Below are positions 8,504 to 16,427 of a DNA stretch of 32,000 nucleotides, in pieces (within the stretch, counting starts at the first letter, position 1; each line of letters starts with the position of its first letter). This stretch comes from Thauera aromatica K172 (GTDB lineage: Bacteria > Pseudomonadota > Gammaproteobacteria > Burkholderiales > Rhodocyclaceae): positions 2,952,041 to 2,984,040 of the forward strand of contig NZ_CP028339.1 of assembly GCF_003030465.1 (NCBI RefSeq). Reading direction: 5' to 3'. The translations under genes and the position numbers were made by a program. The notes below the pieces were generated by a model. That model saw only the letters and a list, made by a program, of their open reading frames with translations. It did not search any database and was not told where the DNA came from.

Positions 8504-10248
8504 GCGTGCGCCCTCCCGGACAGGGTGTCGGTCACGTCAGCTCCGGGACCGGCACCACTTTCTTCACCGCGCAGACGCTTGAGGCGGTAGGCGAATTGCG
8601 GCCGGGTCAGGCCGAGCATGCGCGCCGCCGAAGACAGGTTGCCGCGCGCCTTGTCGAGCGCGGTTTCGAGCAGGGTGGTCTCGATCTGCTCGAGGGTCAG
8701 GGCACCATCGCACACCGCGCTGCACAGGCTGCGCGCCAGGCTGTCCTGTTCGGTGTCGATCTTTCCGTTCGGCCCGAGGCCGAACCCGTCTTCATCCTCG
8801 ATGTGCGCACCGGACAGGAAAAGGTGGTCCACTTCGACCCGGCCGCCGTTCGGCGCAAGGATCACCCCGCGTTCCACCGTGTTCTGCAGTTCGCGGATGT
8901 TGCCCGGCCAGGCATGGCCGACCAGCGCCTTCTTCGCCTTGTCGGAAAATCCGAGCAGCTTCTTGCCGTTGATCGCCGCATATTTCCTGAGGAAATGCTT
9001 GGCCAGAGGGGAGATGTCCTCCCTGCGCTGGCGCAGCGGCGGAATGTCGATCTGGAAAGCATTGAGACGGTAGTACAGGTCGGCCCTGAAACGCCCTTCC
9101 TTCACCAACTGGGCGAGGCTGGCATTGGTCGCGGCGACGAGGCGGACGTCGATACGGCGGGTCTTGTCATCGCCCAAACGCTCGACCTCGCCTTCCTGGA
9201 GCACCCGCAGCAGCTTGCTCTGCGCCGTCAGCGGCAGATCGCCGATTTCGTCCAGGAACAGGGTGCCGCCGTTGGCGCGCTCGAACCTGCCCGGGCGGGC
9301 TGCCAGCGCGCCGGTGTATGCCCCTTTTTCCACGCCGAAAAGCTCGGCCTCCACGAGGTCGTGCGGAATCGCGGCGCAGTTGATCGCAACCAGCGGGCGA
9401 TCGCGGCGGGCGCTCATTTCGTGCAGCGCGCGCGTGAACAGTTCCTTGCCGACCCCCGTTTCGCCGAGCAGCAAAATGGCGATGCTGCTGCCCGCGGCCT
9501 GCTGCAGCAAGCTGAGCGCGAACCGGAACCCGGGCGAGTCGCCGATCATGTCGCCAGGCAGCCTGGCGCGTTCATCGATCGTGGAGCGCAGCTGTTCCAC
9601 CTGGGCCTGCAGGTCGATCAGTTGCTCGGCGATCGATTCGGGGGCGAACAGGCGTCTGTATTCCTCGGCATCCGGCCATTCCTCGGCCGGCTTGCCGACG
9701 ATGTGGCAATGCTCGGCACCCATGCCCGCGCACTCGGCTTCCTTGTACAGGATCGGTCGCCCCATGAAGGCCGTGGAGTAGCCGCAGGCATAGCCGATCT
9801 GGGTCCAGCACACCGGTTCCGAGCAGGTTCCGAAGTGGCGCTTGTGCGACTGCCCCTCCCACGAATTGATCCAGCGGAACTCGGCATTGAAGGTGCCGGC
9901 GGCGCGGTCGAATTCCAGCTGGAGCGGGATGACGCCGACAATGCCCTCGAGCGCGTGCAGCTGCGGCCCGGTCATGAATGCCGCAAGGTCGTCGCCGGTC
10001 CTGATCCGTGTCTGCGCGAGCTCCGCATCACGGGCACCGGATGCGAACCCCATGCGCAGCAGCAACCCGCGCGCGCGCGCCATGCCGAGCGTATCGATCA
10101 GCTCCTTGCGCAAGGCCGCCTGCGCCTCGGCGTGCACGAGCAGCATCCGATGCTCATGAAGCCAGATCTGCCCGGTATCGGCGCAGAAATGGATGCGCGA
10201 CCGGAGATCACCGCCGTCTATGCAGCTCATATCGTGAAGCTTGGCCAT
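8500..10248 (-). CDS. Sigma54-dependent transcriptional activator, XylR/DmpR/MopR phenol-sensor class (PdeR-like)
   Basis: The N-terminus has XylR_N/V4R sensor domains with a CWTQIGYACG...YKEAECAGMGAEHC motif. The AAA+ core has Walker A GETGVGKE, GAYTGA (a GAFTGA variant) and GGTLFLDEIGDL. The C-terminal HTH is NLSSAARMLGLTRPQFAYRLKRL. I prefer the ATG at 10248 (GGAGGAAGGGTG immediately upstream) over the GTG at 10290. It lies divergent to ppsA. Confidence 0.9.
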   Translation of the reverse strand: MAKLHDMSCIDGGDLRSRIHFCADTGQIWLHEHRMLLVHAEAQAALRKELIDTLGMARARGLLLRMGFASGARDAELAQTRIRTGDDLAAFMTGPQLHALEGIVGVIPLQLEFDRAAGTFNAEFRWINSWEGQSHKRHFGTCSEPVCWTQIGYACGYSTAFMGRPILYKEAECAGMGAEHCHIVGKPAEEWPDAEEYRRLFAPESIAEQLIDLQAQVEQLRSTIDERARLPGDMIGDSPGFRFALSLLQQAAGSSIAILLLGETGVGKELFTRALHEMSARRDRPLVAINCAAIPHDLVEAELFGVEKGAYTGALAARPGRFERANGGTLFLDEIGDLPLTAQSKLLRVLQEGEVERLGDDKTRRIDVRLVAATNASLAQLVKEGRFRADLYYRLNAFQIDIPPLRQRREDISPLAKHFLRKYAAINGKKLLGFSDKAKKALVGHAWPGNIRELQNTVERGVILAPNGGRVEVDHLFLSGAHIEDEDGFGLGPNGKIDTEQDSLARSLCSAVCDGALTLEQIETTLLETALDKARGNLSSAARMLGLTRPQFAYRLKRLRGEESGAGPGADVTDTLSGRAHA

Positions 10249-10270
10249 CACCCTTCCTCCTGAACTGGTC

Positions 10271-10312
10271 CTTTTACGCGCAGCCACCACGGGTCGTATT
10301 GACGTGCGTCAA
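10271..10312 (-). promoter_or_regulatory. Candidate FNR/CRP-family class II promoter for the activator gene (box TTGACGTGCGTCAA + TAAAAG -10)
   Basis: Perfect palindrome TTGAC-N4-GTCAA at 10299-10312. Exactly 22 nt downstream on the minus strand is TAAAAG (10276-10271). That geometry places the box at -41.5. The predicted TSS is near 10264, 16 nt before the ATG. Confidence 0.4.
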
Positions 10313-10582
10313 ACGGCCCGGCGCGCGACTGCGCAGCGCCGGAAACGAAGAGAAGCCCCTGCGTTCATCTAATGGTCAATCCTGCAGCCGGCCGGAAGGA
10401 GAACTGATCATTTGATGAATCGCATCCAATGGCCGCTTTTTCCAATTACCCGGCACAAACGCCCCGCCAGAAATTTATTTTTTGCAACTGCATGAAATGC
10501 TCGAAAGGCCTGCACAACGGGCAAACAGCGCTCCCGGCGTATGCGCCCGAAGGCTGAATTGCTGCTCTGCCGCAATTAATCG

Positions 10583-10598
10583 TGGCACACCCTTTGCA
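10583..10598 (+). promoter_or_regulatory. Sigma54 (-24/-12) promoter of the pps-ppc operon
   Basis: TGGCAC-ACCCT-TTGCA is an exact match to TGGCAC-N5-TTGCW. It lies 78 nt upstream of the ppsA ATG and next to a divergent sigma54 activator gene. An A/T-rich tract (10470-10500) sits ~90-110 nt upstream and could be a bending/IHF site. Confidence 0.85.
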
Positions 10599-10675
10599 TT
10601 GGATGCCTGGCAGGCGTCGTCCAACAAATCCGGTCGCAACGATCGACAACGGAAATAGCAAAGGAGGGGCATCAG

Positions 10676-12514
10676 ATGAAGTTTCCTGTTCCGCACGACA
10701 TCCAGGCCAAGACGATTCCGGGGACCGAAGGCTGGGAGCGGATGTACCCGTACCACTACCAGTTCGTCACCGACGATCCGCAGCGTAACCAGTACGAGAA
10801 AGAAACCTTCTGGTTTTACGACGGATTGCATTACCCGGAGCCGCTTTATCCGTTCGACACGATCTGGGACGAGGCCTGGTATCTCGCCCTGTCGCAATTC
10901 AACAATCGAATTTTCCAGGTGCCGCCGGTGCGCGGCGTCGATCACCGGATCATCAACGGTTACGTCTATATCTCGCCGGTTCCGATCAAGGACCCCGATG
11001 AAATCGGCAAGCGCGTGCCCAATTTCATGGAGCGCGCCGGTTTCTATTACAAGAACTGGGACGAGCTCGAGGCGAAATGGAAAGTGAAGATGGAGGCGAC
11101 GATCGCCGAGCTCGAAGCGCTCGAGGTTCCGCGCCTGCCCGACGCCGAAGACATGTCGGTGGTGACCGAAGGAGTCGGTGAATCGAAGGCCTACCACCTG
11201 CTCAAGAATTACGACGACCTGATCAACCTCGGCATCAAGTGCTGGCAATACCACTTCGAATTCCTCAATCTTGGCTATGCCGCCTACGTTTTCTTCATGG
11301 ATTTCGCGCAGAAGCTGTTTCCGAGCATTCCGCTCCAGCGCGTCACCCAGATGGTGTCGGGGATCGACGTCATCATGTACCGCCCGGACGACGAACTGAA
11401 GGAACTGGCAAAGAAGGCCGTTTCACTCGAAGTCGATGAAATCGTCACCGGCCATCGGGAGTGGAGCGACGTCAAGGCGGCGCTTTCGGCACACCGCCAC
11501 GGTGCCGAATGGCTCGAAGCATTCGAGAAATCCCGCTACCCGTGGTTCAACATTTCGACCGGCACGGGATGGTTCCATACCGACCGCAGCTGGAACGACA
11601 ACCTCAACATTCCGCTCGACGGCATCCAGACCTATATCGGCAAGCTTCACGCCGGCGTCGCCATCGAGCGGCCGATGGAAGCGGTCCGTGCCGAGCGCGA
11701 CCGGATCACCGCCGAGTACCGCGATCTGATCGACAGCGACGAGGACCGCAAGCAGTTCGACGAACTGCTCGGCTGCGCCCGGACGGTGTTCCCCTACGTC
11801 GAGAACCATCTGTTCTACGTCGAGCACTGGTTCCACTCGGTGTTCTGGAACAAGATGCGCGAAGTCGCTGCGATCATGAAAGAACACTGCATGATCGACG
11901 ACATTGAAGACATCTGGTATCTGCGCCGCGATGAAATCAAGCAGGCGCTGTGGGATCTGGTCACCGCCTGGGCAACCGGCGTCACCCCTCGCGGCACCGC
12001 CACCTGGCCGGCCGAAATCGAATGGCGCAAGGGGGTGATGCAGAAGTTCCGCGAATGGAGCCCGCCGCCGGCCATCGGCATCGCACCGGAAGTGATCCAG
12101 GAGCCCTTCACCATCGTGCTCTGGGGGGTCACCAACAGCTCGCTCTCGGCCTGGGCCGCCGTCCAGGAAATCGACGACCCCGACAGCATCACCGAGCTGA
12201 AAGGCTTCGCCGCCAGCCCGGGCACGGTCGAAGGCAAGGCGCGCGTGTGCCGCAGCGCCGAAGACATCCGCGACCTGAAGGAGGGCGAAATTCTCGTCGC
12301 CCCGACCACCTCGCCTTCGTGGGCGCCGGCCTTCGCCAAGATCAAGGCCTGCGTCACCGATGTCGGCGGCGTCATGAGCCATGCCGCGATCGTATGCCGC
12401 GAATACGGCATGCCGGCGGTGGTGGGCACCGGGCTATCGACCCGTGTGGTCCGCACCGGCATGACGCTGCGGGTCGATGGTTCGAGCGGGCTGATCACGA
12501 TCATCACGGATTGA
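10676..12514 (+). CDS. ppsA: Phenylphosphate synthase subunit A (70-kDa, phosphohistidine swivel-domain protein)
   Basis: 612 aa with AGGAGG 7 nt upstream. The C-terminus is a PEP-utilising mobile domain (GFAASPGTVEGKARV...LVAPTTSPSWAPAF...DVGGVMSHAAIVCREYGMPAVVG). Size, position and context match protein 1 of the Thauera aromatica phenol cluster. Confidence 0.92.
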   Translation: MKFPVPHDIQAKTIPGTEGWERMYPYHYQFVTDDPQRNQYEKETFWFYDGLHYPEPLYPFDTIWDEAWYLALSQFNNRIFQVPPVRGVDHRIINGYVYISPVPIKDPDEIGKRVPNFMERAGFYYKNWDELEAKWKVKMEATIAELEALEVPRLPDAEDMSVVTEGVGESKAYHLLKNYDDLINLGIKCWQYHFEFLNLGYAAYVFFMDFAQKLFPSIPLQRVTQMVSGIDVIMYRPDDELKELAKKAVSLEVDEIVTGHREWSDVKAALSAHRHGAEWLEAFEKSRYPWFNISTGTGWFHTDRSWNDNLNIPLDGIQTYIGKLHAGVAIERPMEAVRAERDRITAEYRDLIDSDEDRKQFDELLGCARTVFPYVENHLFYVEHWFHSVFWNKMREVAAIMKEHCMIDDIEDIWYLRRDEIKQALWDLVTAWATGVTPRGTATWPAEIEWRKGVMQKFREWSPPPAIGIAPEVIQEPFTIVLWGVTNSSLSAWAAVQEIDDPDSITELKGFAASPGTVEGKARVCRSAEDIRDLKEGEILVAPTTSPSWAPAFAKIKACVTDVGGVMSHAAIVCREYGMPAVVGTGLSTRVVRTGMTLRVDGSSGLITIITD

Positions 12515-12527
12515 GGGAGTGACTGAC

Positions 12528-13652
12528 ATGGGAAGTATCGTTTCCACCGTAGCCCTGTCCGCGGCCACCGCCGACAGCACTTCGCCGAAGGTCTGCCCGT
12601 TCGAGGCCTGCGGCAAGGACTCGGTCCCGCTGGTGGGCGGCAAGTGCGCGTCCCTGGGCGAACTGATCAACGCCGGCGTACGGGTGCCGCCGGGCTTTGC
12701 CCTGACCACCAGCGGCTATGCCCAGTTCATGCGTGAAGCCGGCATCCAGGCGGACATCGGCGCGCTGCTCGAAGGCCTCGACCACCAGGACATGGACAAG
12801 CTCGAGGAAGCATCGAGGGCGATCCGCGAAATGATCGAATCGCGCCCGATGCCGATCGAGCTCGAAGACCTGATCGCCGAGGCCTACCGCAAGCTGTCGG
12901 TCCGCTGCTATCTGCCCGCGGCGCCGGTGGCGGTGCGTTCGAGCGCGACCGCCGAGGACCTGCCCGGTGCGAGCTTTGCCGGCCAGCAGGATACCTACCT
13001 GTGGATCCGCGGCGTCGATGACCTCATCCACCACGTCCGGCGCTGCATCTCCAGCCTCTACACCGGCCGGGCGATCGCCTACCGGATGAAGATGGGCTTC
13101 CCGCACGAGCAGGTCGCGATCAGCGTCGGCGTCCAGATGATGGCGAACGCCTACACCGCGGGGGTGATGTTCACGATCCATCCGGGCACCGGCGACCGCT
13201 CGGTGATCGTCATCGATTCGAATTTCGGCTTCGGTGAATCCGTGGTGTCGGGCGAAGTCACGCCGGACAACTTCGTCGTCAACAAGGTCACCCTCGACAT
13301 CATCGAGCGCACGATTTCGACGAAGGAGCTGTGCCACACCGTCGATCTGAAGACCCAGAAATCAGTCGCACTTCCGGTCCCTGCCGAGCGCCAGAACATC
13401 CAGTCGATTACCGATGACGAAATCAGCGAACTCGCCTGGGCCGCCAAGAAGATCGAAAAGCATTACGGCCGCCCGATGGACATCGAATGGGCGATCGACA
13501 AGAACCTGCCCGCGGACGGAAACATTTTCATCCTCCAGGCCCGGCCCGAAACGATCTGGAGCAACCGCCAGAAAGCCAGCGCGACGACCGGCAGCACGTC
13601 GGCGATGGATTACATCGTATCGAGCCTGATCACGGGCAAGCGGCTCGGCTAG
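12528..13652 (+). CDS. ppsB: Phenylphosphate synthase subunit B (ATP-binding, PEP synthase N-terminal-like)
   Basis: It has a PPDK_N/ATP-grasp-like domain (VPLVGGKCASLGEL, VRSSATAEDLPGASFAGQQDTYL, IDSNFGFGESVVSGEVTPD, MDIEWAID). I prefer the ATG at 12528 (GAGGGAG 8 nt upstream) to the GTG at 12519. Confidence 0.9.
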   Translation: MGSIVSTVALSAATADSTSPKVCPFEACGKDSVPLVGGKCASLGELINAGVRVPPGFALTTSGYAQFMREAGIQADIGALLEGLDHQDMDKLEEASRAIREMIESRPMPIELEDLIAEAYRKLSVRCYLPAAPVAVRSSATAEDLPGASFAGQQDTYLWIRGVDDLIHHVRRCISSLYTGRAIAYRMKMGFPHEQVAISVGVQMMANAYTAGVMFTIHPGTGDRSVIVIDSNFGFGESVVSGEVTPDNFVVNKVTLDIIERTISTKELCHTVDLKTQKSVALPVPAERQNIQSITDDEISELAWAAKKIEKHYGRPMDIEWAIDKNLPADGNIFILQARPETIWSNRQKASATTGSTSAMDYIVSSLITGKRLG

Positions 13653-13664
13653 GAGGACGAAAAA

Positions 13665-14336
13665 ATGATCGTACGCAACTGGATGCAGACCAATCCGATC
13701 GTGCTCACCGGGGACACCTTGCTGTCCGAAGCGAAGCGGATCTTTTCCGAAGCCAATATCCACGCATTACCGGTCGTCGATGACGGCCGCCTGCGCGGAC
13801 TCATCACCCGCGCCGGCTGCCTGCGGGCCGCGCATGCCGCGCTGCGGACCCAGGACACCGACGAGCTCAACTACTTCTCGAACCGGGTCAAGGTCAAGGA
13901 CATCATGGTCCGCAACCCGGCCACCATCGATGCCGACGACACGATGGAACACTGCCTGCAGGTCGGCCAGGAACACGGCGTCGGCCAATTGCCGGTGATG
14001 GACAAAGGCAATGTCGTCGGAATCATTTCGGCAATCGAAATGTTCTCGCTGGCGGCGCATTTCCTTGGTGCCTGGGAAAAGCGCAGCGGCGTCACCCTGG
14101 CCCCGATCGATCTCAAGCAGGGAACCATGGGCCGCATCATCGACACCGTCGAAGCCGCCGGCGCCGAGGTGCACGCGATCTACCCGATCTCGGCCCATGA
14201 CAGGGAGTCCGCCTCGGCCAGGCGGGAGCGGAAAGTGATCATCCGCTTCCACGCCGCGAACGTCGCGGCAGTCATCGAGGCGCTCGCCCACGCCGGCTAC
14301 GAAGTCATCGAGGCCGTTCAAGCCGCAGCGCATTGA
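13665..14336 (+). CDS. ppsC: Phenylphosphate synthase subunit C (CBS-pair stimulating protein)
   Basis: 223 aa with two CBS motifs (VRNWMQTNPIVL...LPVVDDGRLRGLIT; VKDIMVRNPATID...LPVMDKGNVVGIIS) and an ACT-like tail. It is the third gene of the pps block. AGGAGGA lies upstream. Confidence 0.85.
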   Translation: MIVRNWMQTNPIVLTGDTLLSEAKRIFSEANIHALPVVDDGRLRGLITRAGCLRAAHAALRTQDTDELNYFSNRVKVKDIMVRNPATIDADDTMEHCLQVGQEHGVGQLPVMDKGNVVGIISAIEMFSLAAHFLGAWEKRSGVTLAPIDLKQGTMGRIIDTVEAAGAEVHAIYPISAHDRESASARRERKVIIRFHAANVAAVIEALAHAGYEVIEAVQAAAH

Positions 14337-14398
14337 GCCCAGCCCCACCCATCCTGCCTCACCCCGGTTTCACCCATTTCTGCCAAGGAGCGACACCC

Positions 14399-15817
14399 AT
14401 GGACCTGCGCTACTTCATCAACCAGTGTGCCGAAGCCCACGAACTGAAGAGAATCACCACCGAGGTCGATTGGAATCTGGAGATTTCCCATGTTTCCAAG
14501 CTGACCGAAGAGAAAAAAGGCCCGGCGCTGCTGTTCGAAAGCATCAAGGGCTACGACACGCCGGTGTTCACCGGGGCCTTCGCGACCACCAAGCGCCTCG
14601 CCGTCATGCTCGGCCTGCCGCACAACCTGTCGCTGTGCGAATCCGCCCAGCAATGGATGAAGAAAACGATCACCTCCGAAGGGCTGATCAAGGCGAAGGA
14701 AGTGAAGGACGGCCCGGTGCTGGAAAACGTGCTCAGCGGCGACAAGGTCGATCTCAACATGTTCCCGGTGCCGAAGTTCTTCCCCCTCGACGGCGGGCGC
14801 TACATCGGCACGATGGTATCGGTGGTGCTGCGTGATCCGGAGACGGGCGAGGTCAACCTCGGCACCTACCGCATGCAGATGCTCGACGACAAGCGCTGCG
14901 GGGTGCAGATCCTGCCCGGGAAGCGCGGCGAACGGATCATGAAAAAGTACGCCAAGATGGGCAAAAAGATGCCCGCCGCGGCGATCATCGGCTGCGATCC
15001 GCTGATCTTCATGTCCGGCACGCTGATGCACAAGGGCGCCAGCGACTTCGACATTACCGGCACCGTGCGCGGCCAGCAGGCCGAGTTCCTGATGGCGCCG
15101 CTGACCGGGCTGCCGGTGCCGGCCGGGGCCGAGATCGTGCTCGAAGGCGAGATCGATCCGAACGCCTTCCTGCCCGAAGGCCCGTTCGCCGAATACACCG
15201 GCTACTACACCGACGAACTGCACAAGCCGATCCCGAAACCGGTGCTCGAAGTGCAGCAGATCCTGCACCGCAACAGCCCGATCCTGTGGGCCACCGGCCA
15301 GGGCCGCCCGGTGACCGACGTCCATATGCTGCTCGCCTTCACCCGGACCGCGACCTTGTGGACCGAGCTCGAGCAGATGCGCATTCCCGGCATCCAGTCG
15401 GTGTGCGTGATGCCGGAATCGACCGGGCGCTTCTGGTCGGTGGTGTCGGTCAAGCAGGCCTACCCGGGGCACTCGCGCCAGGTGGCCGACGCGGTGATCG
15501 CCAGCAACACCGGCTCGTACGGCATGAAGGGTGTGATCACGGTCGATGAGGACATCCAGGCCGACGATCTGCAGCGCGTGTTCTGGGCGCTGTCGTGCCG
15601 CTACGACCCGGCGCGCGGCACCGAGCTGATCAAGCGCGGCCGCTCGACGCCGCTCGATCCGGCGCTCGACCCGAACGGCGACAAGCTCACCACGTCGCGG
15701 ATCCTGATGGACGCCTGCATCCCCTACGAGTGGAAGCAGAAGCCGGTCGAAGCGCGCATGGACGAAGAGATGCTGGCGAAGATCCGCGCCCGCTGGCACG
15801 AGTACGGCATCGACTGA
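14399..15817 (+). CDS. ppcB: Phenylphosphate carboxylase UbiD-like subunit (beta, 472 aa)
   Basis: It carries UbiD-family motifs GEVNLGTYRMQ (14855-14872 covers N..R) and EGPFAEYTGYY. The start is taken at the ATG at 14399 (AAGGAG 7 nt upstream), not the track start at 14333. Confidence 0.9.
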   Translation: MDLRYFINQCAEAHELKRITTEVDWNLEISHVSKLTEEKKGPALLFESIKGYDTPVFTGAFATTKRLAVMLGLPHNLSLCESAQQWMKKTITSEGLIKAKEVKDGPVLENVLSGDKVDLNMFPVPKFFPLDGGRYIGTMVSVVLRDPETGEVNLGTYRMQMLDDKRCGVQILPGKRGERIMKKYAKMGKKMPAAAIIGCDPLIFMSGTLMHKGASDFDITGTVRGQQAEFLMAPLTGLPVPAGAEIVLEGEIDPNAFLPEGPFAEYTGYYTDELHKPIPKPVLEVQQILHRNSPILWATGQGRPVTDVHMLLAFTRTATLWTELEQMRIPGIQSVCVMPESTGRFWSVVSVKQAYPGHSRQVADAVIASNTGSYGMKGVITVDEDIQADDLQRVFWALSCRYDPARGTELIKRGRSTPLDPALDPNGDKLTTSRILMDACIPYEWKQKPVEARMDEEMLAKIRARWHEYGID

Positions 15818-15839
15818 GCCCTTAGCCGCATGACAAACC

Positions 15840-15862
15840 ACGGCCGCCGATGGGGCGGCCGT
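15840..15862 (+). other. Intercistronic GC hairpin (9-bp stem ACGGCCGCC/GGCGGCCGT, 5-nt loop)
   Basis: Read directly from the sequence between ppcB and the HAD subunit gene. There is no U-tract, so it is more likely an mRNA stability or processing element than a terminator. Confidence 0.3.
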
Positions 15863-15881
15863 CACTGGAGGACATGGAGAC

Positions 15882-16391
15882 ATGGAACAGGCGAAGAACA
15901 TCAAGCTGGTGATCCTCGACGTCGATGGCGTGATGACCGACGGGCGCATCGTGATCAATGACGAAGGCATCGAGTCGCGCAACTTCGACATCAAGGACGG
16001 CATGGGCGTGATCGTGCTGCAACTGTGCGGCGTCGAGGTCGCGATCATCACCTCGAAGAAATCCGGCGCGGTGCGCCATCGCGCCGAGGAGCTGAAGATC
16101 AAGCGCTTCCACGAGGGCATCAAGAAGAAGACCGAGCCCTACGCGCAGATGCTCGAGGAGATGAACATCTCCGATGCCGAAGTCTGCTACGTCGGCGACG
16201 ACCTCGTCGATCTGTCGATGATGAAGCGCGTCGGCCTGGCCGTGGCGGTCGGTGACGCCGTGGCCGACGTCAAGGAAGTGGCCGCTTATGTGACGACTGC
16301 GCGCGGCGGGCACGGCGCGGTGCGCGAAGTCGCGGAGCTGATCCTGAAAGCGCAGGGCAAGTGGGACGCGATGCTCTCGAAGATCCATTGA
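15882..16391 (+). CDS. ppcD: Phenylphosphate carboxylase 18-kDa HAD-phosphatase subunit (KdsC-like; delta as I recall the nomenclature)
   Basis: 169 aa. HAD motif I is LVILDVDGVMTDG. It also has ITSKKS and YVGDDLVDL motifs like KDO-8-P phosphatase. It lies between the two UbiD-like subunit genes. The gamma/delta naming is from memory and could be swapped. Confidence 0.85.
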   Translation: MEQAKNIKLVILDVDGVMTDGRIVINDEGIESRNFDIKDGMGVIVLQLCGVEVAIITSKKSGAVRHRAEELKIKRFHEGIKKKTEPYAQMLEEMNISDAEVCYVGDDLVDLSMMKRVGLAVAVGDAVADVKEVAAYVTTARGGHGAVREVAELILKAQGKWDAMLSKIH

Positions 16392-16427
16392 TTCATCCGC
16401 ATGACATCCATCGACAAGGAGATCGAC

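Noticed and set aside
14333-14398. N-terminal extensions given by the track for ppcB (14333), ppcA (16401), ppsB (12519), the regulator (10290), the OMP (22917), the VOC gene (24169), the KamA-like gene (27574), ubiX (18682) and ppcC (16934)
   Set aside because: In each case an internal ATG or GTG has a well-placed Shine-Dalgarno sequence. The extension is non-conserved-looking, overlaps the preceding gene out of frame, or lacks a signal peptide where one is expected.
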